Below, piece after piece: positions 28,939 to 41,298 of a DNA stretch of 64,000 nucleotides. Position 1 is the first letter of the stretch; each line of letters begins with the position of its first letter. The notes under the pieces are model-generated. The model searched no databases, was not told the origin of the DNA, and saw only the letters and a program-made list of their open reading frames with translations. The stretch is from Auanema rhodensis (Eukaryota; Animalia; Nematoda), in the NCBI GenBank assembly GCA_964057225.1, contig OZ059898.1, positions 14,942,001 to 15,006,000 of the forward strand. Direction: 5' to 3'. A program made the position numbers and the translations under genes.

Positions 28939-29351
28939 TTAGTTGATTTTCAGTTTTAAATTCTCTGTGATGTATCTGATGTCTTCAATGATTTTTATTT
29001 TAATTTTCTCATTATAGAATAAGCATATTTCATAAATCGTTCTAGATAAGTCCTCATCTAAGCTGATAATCACCTTTGGTGATGGCTGGCAAGTTGAAAC
29101 AACAGAAAAATACTACAATTTGAGAAAAAAATTTTATTTTTTAAAACAGAAAAGGGATTTGGAATCCATAATTGGCTGTTTCATACTGAAAATTATTATA
29201 AAGCAAGGTAATATCACAGATATGGCGTTTATAAGGAAATATTTGATTTAAAAAAATAAAAATGAGAGAAGTGAATAGGAATATTCTGGATACTATACAA
29301 GGCAATATACTGGCTCTGGTACAAAAAACTTGGTATTGAACATCATTAAAC

Positions 29352-32300
29352 TCATGTTTTTCCTCTTCGTTTCATTACTTCATCCTTCTGATTTGAAGTG
29401 AAATCAAGCATTGTCATAATAGCCTAAAAGAATGTTTCGAAGTTTGTTAAACAGGCAATCTTCACGGAACCTGAAGATGTTCACGGGAGTCTCCTCGATT
29501 TAATAGAAAATAATAGAAAGCATCATGTAGAAATTTCAATACAACCCTATCTTGTGTGATTTTATCAATTTCTTTCTCCTAAATAAATATTTTAATTCGA
29601 ACGCGAAGTAGAAAAATATCACTAACCTCATCATCGCGTACACCATGTTCTACGGCTTGTTGTCCCTTTTTGAACATGACAAGATACATCTCACTTCTAA
29701 AGTTAAAGATATAAGTTTGAAATCTAAACGTGACGCTCAGCTTCATTAATATGTATGGGAATCAAAGTTAAGGGAAGGAGGATGTGGTGACTGAAAAGAA
29801 GGAACAATTCTTACCTTTCTTGTTCCATTTCTTGAATCTTTCTTTCGTACATATCATTCTGTTGACGACTGAAATGTAATTGCTCATCTAAATAGATCTG
29901 AGATGGTTGTAGAGGTGATGGTAAATCGTTTGCCTGAAAATGGAAAAATAATCAGGACGTCATCTGAAGATATGCTTACGTCTTGAATCTTTCTCAAAAG
30001 CATTTTAACTTGTTCACTTAAAACTTCTTTTTCTTCTTCTAATCGGTTCAATCGTTCTACATCAAGTCCACTTCGATACCCAGCTTTCTGTTCAAGAGAG
30101 AGATTCTGAAATTCAATAGGGATTCTGAATAATCTCAGGTCAAATGAATACCTTTTGCTTTAAATCATCTACTTGATCTACCAACAATTTATTTTCCCGA
30201 GTTAACCGTCCAACCTGAATACAATATGAAACTACTTAATATAATGATCCCAACCTTTTCACGAAGTGATATTACTCGATTAGAATTACGTGGTGAGTCA
30301 TCTTCTGGAGCATCTTGAATGATCGTCACATCGTTTGTTGATTTATAGACAGTCTGGCTAACACGACGCTGAGTAGATGTTGATGGCTCATGCCATGATT
30401 GAGACATCAAATCCGGCAGTGGAGGTCTAAAGATATTCATAAAATAATAAAATAACTAAGAAGCTACATACTTGCAATGTGAAACGGCTGAATAAACCGC
30501 AGATTCATGCTGCAACGACGTCATAGATGATGAAAGCGATTGAGGAGCTGTAGCATAATAAGACATACTCTGAAACAAGAAAGATATTCAGCTTATTCAA
30601 GTTACTATTTGAGATATGTACTTTTCGTCTTGATGACCGGCGCTGTTCTTTGGCGTCCAATTCTTCTTTTGATGAAACTGCTTTTCGACGATTACTACTA
30701 TGAGATCGGGTTCGTGTAGCTATCTTAGGTTGCTGCTGTTGATGTTCAGATTGATCACGTAAACTTCGGCATGACATGGTTGGAGTTTGAATTGTACAAG
30801 CAACAGCCTCTCGTGTCGAACCTTTTCGAAAAGCTGCAGGACTTTCATGAACAATAATCTTATCTAATCTGAAAAATGTGCCGCTGAATATGTTAGAAAA
30901 TTGTCTAGAAACCTTTGTTTGGGTTCAGTTAATGATGAAACACTCTGAGCTGATTTTGGAGAAAAATAAACTGATGAAGAGTAGCAGCTTGTGGGAGACC
31001 TGAAATAGCAATCTTACTGTATCGTAACTCAGTTTGTTCCATACATGGGTTGCTCCGTATGACACCGTCCTTCAGAATTCAATACTTGACATCGCAAGAG
31101 TTCCAGCTCTCCACGCATCATAGCTATCTGAATCTTAAGTTCTCGGCGATCTTCTTGAGCTCTTGAATATCCTGTTCTCATGGCATTTAATTCCCTGAAC
31201 ATTGTTCCACATTTGTCTTTCCAACGATGTGCTTCATGAGGATCAGCTTCATTCAGGAGTTCGACAACACTTCGACTACGCACCAGTCGACCATCTGATA
31301 TTGATGATTCAGCATCACCGTCGTGTCGACTTGTTGGTTCCCGTCTGAATACCTCCAGTTCAGCAGTAGCAGATCGAAGTTCTCGTGATAAACGATCAAT
31401 ACGAAGCTATAATGAGCATATTTTACTTTAGAGCATAATATGATATTTTACTTTCATGGAATCACGCTCTTGTCGCGATCTCTTAAGTTCACGAGCAAGT
31501 TGTAACTTCTCATCAGTATCCCATTCCATCATTACAGTATCCAGAATTTCCTGAAATGTGTAATTATAAAATAAATAATATATGACTATATAATGATCTA
31601 ATAATCAACAAATTATGCAATTGTTAATTATTTAAAAAAAAAAGAAAAAAAGAACAAGCTAATAAGCCAATCAATGATTGCTTTGCATGAAATTCAATAA
31701 ATACGTTACAGTAACCCTGAAGATGGCTAGCCGCTTATAGTAAGATATTTATTCTTCCGGGATACTGTAATCTGTATTTTTCTTTTACAATAGAGATCAT
31801 AAATTATGAAATTGTTAGGGAATATTAGATTTTTCGAATTATTTTTAAAATGATAGAATCTTGATGTTGATGTATAAACTATTGGAAAGAAAAATAAGAA
31901 AAAACGATTGAGAAATCAACATCAATTATCCCAAAAAACTAAGCTCAAATTTGAAACAAAAAAAAATGCTGTTACGCTACATTGTAATGATTATAGCTTG
32001 TGTTAGATTTTTTGAGGGCTTTTGCCTGTAACTATGTCAGATGGAGATCAAACGAAAAACAAAATTTGTCAGACTGATCAAACTACATACGAGGTACCTA
32101 GCCCTGATTGCCTTTGCGTGCCTTTTAGAGAGATTCGGCGACGCTCTGAAAGAAGAAATAGCAATAGAAGCATGAGATAATAAAGATGAAGCCGAGTTTA
32201 AATTATTGTGAGGATGAGATATGTCCAGTTGATTGACCTGATATGGTAAATGAAAAAAGCTGTATAACAATATGTTGGGAAAAGAGGCTTGAATAGGTGA

Positions 32301-35300
32301 TAAGGCTGAGAAATTAACATAACGAAAGCACTGTTAAAGGTAATTGATGAATAGAAAGCAACCATTCTGTGAGACATTTTCTAAAAAAACCGCTAACATG
32401 CTATTCTCTAGCTGTTCGCATTCGTTTATGCTTTTGATAATTTTTTAAGAGTTTTAGATTACGTTTTAATGACGATTTAATGCCAAAAATACAAAAATGA
32501 CATGAAGAATTTGATGGAAAATGCGAATAAGTTCAGCTATTTGGTTACTATCAACCAAAAATTATTAAAAGCTCAAAGGATGAATGTCTTACCGAATGCA
32601 CGGCTTCTTCTGAATTTGCAGCGCGATGACTGGGTGAACGGGTTCGTGAGGAGCGTAGACGTTCACGCCCTTCATCATCTTCTAAGTTATTTAAGATTTG
32701 TTCCAAATCAGATTTAACCTGAAAGGGTTACCTAAATACAAAAACGGCTACGATAAATAACTACCATGCTGAGATCATCCGCTAAAGTTGCAAATGCGGG
32801 AGAAAGCATTGAAGCTGTTACAGTTGTTGTCGTTGAAGTTGGTGCTGTTGTTGATGCCCCTTCCTCATTCTGACGATCTTGACGCAATTCTCTGAACATA
32901 TAAATAAGAATTTGAAATGATTTTTCATAAATTTACTCGCTAAGTTGAATGTTTTCAGCACTAAGCTTGGCTATATCTGCATCTTCTAGACCAAGCTCGG
33001 GTTCTGAGTGAGTCTTACGAAGGTTTATTGAATCTTCTTCTATCAAACTATCTCGCGATGCTTCTGATGGCGCAATCATTGATGATCGTGCTGTTGATGT
33101 AGCACCACCATCGTTCAATGCCTCAATTTGTTTCTGTAGCTGTTCATTGTCATGCTCCAAGTTTTGAATCCGCGTCTTCAACCAATTCTTCTCAGATTCA
33201 TACCGCCCTATTTCCTGAAAAAGTCATTGCATGTACAAAATTATTAAATAATTTTAATAAAAACCTGATCTAATTCTTTTCGAACGTTTTCGAATTCACT
33301 AGCTATTCTCTGAATTCGATCACGCTCCTTGCGTACAAGCGATTCCTTTTCATCTTCAGCTTGCATCAACTGCAAACAAAAAAATAAAAGTACAAAGTAT
33401 GTGGGTCACATACCTTCTCTCTTAGATCAGCATTACGAGCTTGTAGGGCTTGAAGCTCTTGCGCTTCATCAGCAGCTTCTTCGCCAGACGTTGTTGGTTT
33501 CGGTACAACGCAAGCAATACGTCGCCTAGAGGCCATACGTCCATCAGACTGTAATGAAATGGAAGATTAAACAGAACTCAGTAAGTAAAATACCTTTTCT
33601 TGCATTGTGCTTACAAGCTTTTGCTGTAAAATGTGAACTTGTCGTCGAGTGGTTTGTAGTTCGCCTTGGCATAGCTTCAGTCTTTCTTCTGTTTCATTGA
33701 ATAGGTCACCCTAATATGTAGTATATAGTATTTAGTTTCCCATCTGCACTATTACCTTCTCAATAGTCGTGGATTTGCTTTTGGTGTTTGGTCGACAAGC
33801 CACATACTTACTAACTTGACGAGGCTTAGCCTCCACTTCAGCATCACGTTGAGATTTGGACAACTGTTGATGCAAGGTGCTTACATGATCTATACTACTT
33901 GTCAATCTCTGTTCCAACTCAGCTTTTTCCAATTTCATTTTCATTTTTTGTTCATCTTTTTCACGTTGTAACTGTGTGATTTCATCCTAAAACATAAATA
34001 AATACAACGAAATATTGGCTGAAAATTGGATTTATCAGCTCAAAACAGTACCTTAGCTCTGGTCAATTGCTCTTCAATTCGCTGCACTTTTCCTTGCCAA
34101 TAATCTGATTGCTCTCTGTATTTCTTCAATGATTCAGCCAAAGCAGATTCTAATCCATTCTCATATTCATCTTGTTGATCTCTGAACCTCATCTCAAATT
34201 CACTGCGTTCCTAGAAAATACGGAGAAATAGAAAAGAAAACATTGGAATCGGCTTACTTTCATCAGCTCTTCAAGACGAGTCTCAAGTATTGGCACACGC
34301 TCAGCAGTTTTAGATATATCAGCCAGAGAGCTGAAAATAAATAAAATATTTCTATTCAAAATGACCGAACGATACTTCTTGTAGCATTCTCGTTCTTTCT
34401 GATGCTCATCTAAATCATGTCGTTGTTGACGTCTTGTGTCTTCCAATTGTTTCGTCAACACATCAACAAGCTCTGTTTTAGTCATCAGAATCTTTTCAAT
34501 TTCTTCAAATCTCCCATGGAAATCTGTATGCTTTGCTTTGAATTCCTCATGTAATTCCTAAAGTAATTCAATGATGTCATCATATTTCTTATTGTTCTTG
34601 CCTCTAGCTTGCGTTTAGTTGAATAGAACTCATTCTCATGCTCATATAAGGATTCAGATGTCAACTCCGTTTGACTTTTCTTACAAACCATCACAGAATA
34701 TCTATTGAGGTTGGTTATATGTTGAACTACAAGTGTTTCTCTACCTTGGATCATTAAATCCTTTTCTCCAATTTTCTTGGCTTTCATCACTAATTACAAG
34801 CTCATGATCCAATAAAACATTTCGATAAGTCTGAAATAAGTTTGCTTCTGCTATTGTTCTTAACAAAATATTGTGTGCAGTTAAAATGAGCCGTGTTTTT
34901 ACAGTTTAAAAATTATTTTTAAAAAAGCATGTCTAGCGAGGGTTTACACGTTAGGCACGTTCTGCTATAAATTTACGAAAAAGGATTGAGAGCTATGAAG
35001 CTCATAAAAAAAGTGGCTGAAGAGAATAGCTTAATTGTAGGTTAAGTTCTTCAAAGTCCGAACAACTCAACATTAACCAGTAAAAACGTTTTGTGCCACA
35101 GTAGATTGATCGATACAATTTCTTGCAAAATTTCTTCAAAGCAAAAGGGGAGGAATTTCAAATACGAATCAACTGTTCCAAAAGATTCGCAGTCAGCAGG
35201 ATTCGAACCTACGCGGGCAGAGCCCAATTGATTTCTAGTCAATCTCCTTAACCACTCGGACATGACTGCACGATACGATCCCATCTCGAGCGATATAGAT

Positions 35301-38300
35301 CGAAACGTAATTATGATTATATACCTACCTGCATTCTTTCTTCGAGAAATGAAATTGCTTTCTTCATTGTTTCTTTTTCAGCCTTAAACGAAACCCAATT
35401 AGAAATGTGACTTTCAGTTAAAATTATCCAAACCTGTAGTCTGCAGTTTACTAAATTGGAAGCCTCACATTCGGCTTTTCTCCTCTCCACTTCCATAGAA
35501 GCTTCTTTAAGCACATTTTCAACTCTCAATCTAGAATTAGATGCATGAAAAACTTATTAAGCTTTTCAGAACTTACTTTCCTTCTTCCAAACTTTCTGTT
35601 TCAGTTCTTAAAGCTACAATATCTTCTTCTAATTCTTGAAGGCGTATATTGACCTCTTTGGTCTAAAATGAATAATTTCAAAGTAATAAGCTGAGAAATA
35701 GTGACTGACAGTCTCAATAAGTTTGTTATTTTCCTCAATCAAGCCTCTTTTGCGTTCAGCGCAGCTTGCTAATGTGCATTCCGTTATAACTGGAGCAGAC
35801 ATCAATGGACTCATCTGAGCAATCTGATGCTGTGGACTGGAAAATCAATTAAACTTAATGATTCTTCAGCAGCAAAATTTGTCAAAGTTACATAAATATG
35901 TAAACAACATTGTTTCAACCAACCTTATACCCGCATTTTCAAATCCGCTATCATTCATTGTGACTGAAGCTTGAATGGATGGAATAGCTACAGATGACAC
36001 ATTAACCTTAAAGTAAATGAACTTTACTTCGAAATAAATAAACAAAATAAAACGAGATTTTCAGAATTAAAATGAAAAGAAACTAACGCCAGTTAGCTGT
36101 CTCATTGTATTCATCTCAACACGAGCAGCTTCCACATCAGTTCGATATGCTTTTTCTAAGCTTGAATACTTCAAAAGCTGATCTTTAAGGACAATTTCCA
36201 ACTGTGCTGCTTTAGTACGCCAAATGAAAGCTTCATTCTGGTATGCCTGAAAGAGAATACATTCGTAATTTTACATCCAAAAAGGCATTTATCATCAACA
36301 GATCATCATTTCGTTGTTAGAAGCAAGCAATTTTATTTCACATTTCACTTACTTGCATGTGATTCAAGGCTTCTTGACTCAGGTACATAGGATTGCCACT
36401 GATTTTGGAGTCCATTGATACACTCATAGGTGATGCTTGCATGAGGGGTGATGAATGGGAAAACATTTGAATACTTTTCTATAACGAATATTTATTTCAC
36501 TTTCTATAGCTTATTTAACAGCTTTTCGTATCATATTTTACTATTTCAAGAGATATGTTTCTAATTCAAACGATTCAAATATTACCTTCTCGGGTAAACT
36601 GCCTACTGGTGAAAGGGGATTAACTGATGTAGGAGATGATGGTAATGATGGTGATTGAACTAAATATCAACAAGTCATTTCGAGCATTCAATAATTTTTT
36701 GTGTGGATATAAGTGTTAATAAAATCCAAAAAACAATGAATAAGTTTGAAAACAATATGCTTACTGTATAGAACTGCAGTTGATGGATCTGTAGGATCAG
36801 TGGGACTTGGAGGTGCACATGATGTGAAAACACCTAGTTCGTAACTCTGCAATGTCACAACATAGTTATTGCGTAGATCAATGGTAAGTATAACGAGTAT
36901 AGCCCTCAGGGCCCCGTGGCCTAATGGATAAGGCGTCGGTCTCCTAAACCGAAGATTGAAGGTTCGAGTCCTTCCTGGGTCGAAATTTTTTGACTAATTA
37001 AGAATAGTCAAACATAAGTAGGAAAAGGAATACGAAGTTTGTAAACGATGTTATTATTACCTGAATAGGGTCAGTCATTATGCAAGCTTCAGCTCGAGGT
37101 CTGTGTAATATACTTTCTAATTCTTCAATTCGAGATTTTAATTTGCTAATTTGTTCTCTGAAACGTATCAAAGACATATTTTCGTTTTCTTTTTTCATCT
37201 AATACCTAGCCGTTAAAGTCTCTTGAACCAGCTGATTAACCCGAACACCATGTTTCCGTTCCATTAGCTTTTTCTCTTTTTCAAAATCCTCGCGAGCTTC
37301 TCGTTCATGCTGCATCAAACGGCTACTATCAGATAGAGTTCCTTTGACTTCATTAACAATCTCAATCTGAAATATATTTTTTGAAAACTTCATCCGACTT
37401 ATAACTCATATACTTAGAAATACGTGATTATAAGATATAGTTTATAGTTTATAAGCTAACAAACCTCTTTGAGCCTTTCCCGTAATTCAGCTAAATGACG
37501 ATTCTTTTCTTCAACTTCATTCTTAGCTGTACGTAATTCCTTTTTTAATTCAGCCATTTCCTTAAAACAAATATTGCTTAACTATGAACATGAATATATT
37601 ATTATAACGATATTAACTATATTAACCTTATTACGCCGTTGAGTTGGAGTTAAATATACGCCCAAATCAGAATTATGATTACTGTGATTACACCCGCGTT
37701 TTTGGCAATGAGGGACGAACCTATATTGTTTAAAATATTATAATAACATTGTAAAATAGATTATAACAATAAATTAATGACAACTCTATTACCTAGTGTC
37801 TTTCCCAGTCCACCATCGTCCTACAACCGAAGATGAAGCACTACCCGTAGAGCTTGTTATGCTCACTGCATCATCTCGATAATCTTCTCCTATAAATCAC
37901 AAAAATTAAAAGATGTTATTGAAGTAAGATACAGAGCATATTGAGAGTAAGCCTTTTCTATTACCTTCTGCTTCACCGATTGTAGACGTTGATTGTGCCA
38001 TCTTATCAGTTTCTACAGCTGTAGTATCTTCAAATTCTTCTTCTGAATCAAGTATTGCCGTTTGCCTATGATAGTATAACTTATAACTTATAATGATAAT
38101 CTAAATAGATACCTTATATCTTCTTTTTCGGTTGAACGACCTCTTGGACCAGCGCCGAGATCCTTCAATACTTGTTCGGAATCTGTATTATTCTCATCAC
38201 TCGTATCACCAAATATTGCTACTGAAAAGGATTTATATTGAAATCAAATTGAAGAAAATTAGCAACAAACCAGCATTTTTCTCCCACCACGTCACAGAAA

Positions 38301-38883
38301 GTTTCGGAATTCGTGTGCTTGGTTTATCCGGAAAACGATCTGGTGATGGTCGAAATGAAGGTAATGGGGGTACCTAAGTGATTATCATTCAACGAGAAGA
38401 AGCAACTTTTGTTTTTCTAGCAATAAATCAGCAAAAAAAATCGTTTTCATTCAAACAAATAAAGATATAAATTATATAATTTAATGGGATATGTGTCTGT
38501 AGTTAAAATGAATAAAAGTTTAAGCCGAGTATTTTGTAACAACCGACTGAACTGCATCAGAGAACATATATATTAAATTCTCAGCTGCATGTGTAGTTCA
38601 CGTGAAATTTTCACGTGAATTATTATTCTAATTAGTGAACGTCAAATAAATTATTCAAATTAACATACTGAATCTCTACTTTCTAATTGAGCCCGTAAAC
38701 TAGGTCGTTTTAAGATGCCCTTCTTCGGGGTTGCATCTGATACACTACTCGACCTAAACAATATATTCATGAAAGTTCTTTTGTTCCTAACGCATACCTT
38801 GTAGCAGAAGATGGCACATGGTGGGATTGTGAAGCCGTCGATGGTCCGGGCTGTGGCTCGTCACCCGAAGTTTCATTTATCAT
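29352..38883 (-). CDS. Large coiled-coil protein with C-terminal GRIP-like domain (golgin, quick-to-court-like), more than 30 exons
   Basis: Many short exons with heptad-rich E/K/Q/R sequence; C-terminus EMYLVMFKKGQQA...LKFLHDAFYYFLLNRGDSREHLQAIMTMLDFTSNQKDEV matches the GRIP pattern; stop TGA 29352-29354; ATG 38883 follows ttctag (more 5' exons possible). Confidence 0.75.
35188..35269 (-). tRNA. tRNA-Ser (anticodon AGA), intronic, same strand as host gene
   Basis: GCAGTCATGTCCGAGTGGTTAAGGAGATTGACTAGAAATCAATTGGGCTCTGCCCGCGTAGGTTCGAATCCTGCTGACTGCG: 82 nt, cloverleaf with long variable arm, A and B boxes, anticodon loop CT-AGA-AA, T-run downstream. Confidence 0.97.
36910..36982 (+). tRNA. tRNA-Arg (anticodon CCT), intronic, antisense to host gene
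   Basis: GGCCCCGTGGCCTAATGGATAAGGCGTCGGTCTCCTAAACCGAAGATTGAAGGTTCGAGTCCTTCCTGGGTCG: 73 nt, anticodon stem TCGGT/ACCGA, loop CT-CCT-AA, followed by a T-run Pol III terminator; one C:U mismatch in the acceptor stem. Confidence 0.93.
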
Positions 38884-39580
38884 TCTAGAAAATGATATAA
38901 TACATGCGTGTATGAGAATATCATAAATGAAAAAAAGCAAAAAATAACGGAAAAGAGCACCAGTGAAGGGAGAGTAGAGGGGGGGGGACAGATCGATTGA
39001 CATGAACAACAGAAAACAGGTGTGAAATAGTGAAAAACCTAGATAAGGAACACAATTTTTGAGATGGATAAATAAATAAAAATAACATTTAAAAATCATA
39101 ATTGTACAGCCAAATTAATGAAGAATCTTGAAAAATAAAAAAGCCGACAAAGAAATGAGAAAAAGTGAAAACTTGTCACGTTTTTTGAATAAAATTGAAG
39201 AATACGAATGGGTGACAAACTATTACAATAGACCAGAATAAGCTAGAAATAACTAAGATTTTCAAGCATATCACATATGAAAAAAGAAAAAAAACGATTT
39301 AAACTTGAAGTCACAAGAATGCATGATAGCTATATATGCATTTAAAAATCATGAGAAGCTGGATAAACAGAGTTGAAACATCAGAGATTTACAAACGTTA
39401 ATGAAAAAACAGCTGGATTGAGAAATAAAATGAATTAAGTTGCAAATGTGAGTAGAATTTAGTTGAAAAAAGATCAAACAGAACAAGAAGCTATCATTTG
39501 AAGAAGATGAAGCCTATAAAACGAGAAAAGAATCATAGTTTACGAGAAAGTAATGCACTTAAATAAAGAGAAAGAGACAC

Positions 39581-39585
39581 AGAGA

Positions 39586-39626
<41 letters not shown>
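39581..39626. repeat. (AG)n microsatellite
   Basis: Seen directly. Confidence 0.95.
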
Positions 39627-39629
<3 letters not shown>

Positions 39630-41150
39630 GGAAGATAAAAAAATTAGAATCTACATCAATCAACATGAACAAAATGAATAATAACATTGAATAAAAGAAA
39701 AATAGAATAAGGGAGAGAGAGAGGGAAAGTGATAATAATAAAGAAGAGAGGGAGAGGGAGAGAGAGGGAATATGAAATACAATAAATTAAATTAAATTAT
39801 ATTAATATAGAAAATATTTTAAAAAAATAAAAATTATACATGAATAAATAGTAATAGTCTGGTTTAAAATAACCGATATATCATATAAAATATTAAAACA
39901 AATTAAAAATAAATTTTTTAACAAAAAAATTGTTTAAAAATAAAAAAAACATCAATAAAACGTCGACATAACATGTGAATATAAGGGCAACATAGTAAAC
40001 GAAGAAACACATAGACAGGAGAGCTGAGAGAAGGGGAATGGGTGAGAGGGAGAGTAGAGAGGAAATACACATGTACATACACAGAAGGCTACATACATAT
40101 ACTACACAACACATGATGAAAAGAGCTCTCGATATCCTTACGACGGCACAGAGAACCGGTCGAACAAACTAACACATTCAGTATAATACTGGATGTTATG
40201 TATAATGAATATAGTATGAAAAAAAGAAAAAGGATGAAAAAGTATAAAACATACGGGTTAAATAAACAAATTAAAAACAAATTTGTATGTTTCAAGGAAA
40301 AAAATGTGTTTATAAAGAAGGGAATTAAGGTGGATTGAGAAAAATGATCAATTCTCGTCTTATCATTTGATTTGTTGATAGAAATATTGATAAAATAGGA
40401 AATCAAAATCAGTGCATTTGATAGATTGAACAGATGAATTTGGAATTTTAATTGGTTTTGGAAGCAGCAGGAAAAAAAGATGAATATTGGTATTGGCAAA
40501 GCAGACGGGAGTGATGTTGCTGCTGGTTGTTGCTGATACTGATGCTGCTCCTGACTTGTGCTTGAGCTAGTGCTGGCTAGTGTTTGATACCTTCCGCGTT
40601 AGAGCAATGTAAAATGATTTCTGAGGAAGGCTTGCACAGGAAACAAATATGAAAAGGCGGAATGAAGCATTGTAAAGCATTTGGATATAGCTGATAGAAC
40701 TTCATAGTTATAAAGATCTTTGAACATATGGATGAAAAGGATGAAGACGCTGAATATTCTCCACATTCAAAATAGAAAAGAAGGAAAATATCCGGAAAAA
40801 CAAAACAGAAAAACGTCAACAGTAGTAGGAAAGGAGGTTTGACATAACAAGAGGACATACCAACAAAAATAGCAAAGAGTAACCATTATCTGGTGAAGCT
40901 ATTGAAAGAGAAAAAGCTCTGAGAGACTTTGGTTGAGTCTTCAATTTGAAGAATAAGGTGAATAACAATAATAATATAACAAAATTCAATCCAAAAGGTC
41001 AATCAATATCAATTAAAGTGAGGGAAACGCTAAATTTCATCCATATTTGGAGAAAAAACAAGATCGAAAAATCGGAAACAGTTCGCCATTGACAGGTGAG
41101 AGAAAAGAATATGTTACGGTTAGGTCAAGAGTGGGTGTAAGGAGAAACAC

Positions 41151-41219
41151 AGAGAAAGAGAGAGAGAGAGAACGAGAGAGAGAGAGAGAGAGGGGGGGGG
41201 GGGAGAGAGAGAGAAATAG

Positions 41220-41297
<78 letters not shown>
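41151..41297. repeat. Compound (AG)n / poly-G microsatellite
   Basis: Seen directly; generates spurious SLSL/RERE ORFs. Confidence 0.95.

Positions 41298-41298
<1 letters not shown>

Noticed and set aside
29068-29090. Hairpin ATCACC-TTT-GGTGAT as a Helitron 3' end for the satellite block
   Set aside because: Stem is short and AT-rich, and no correctly spaced CTRR|T terminus follows on either strand.
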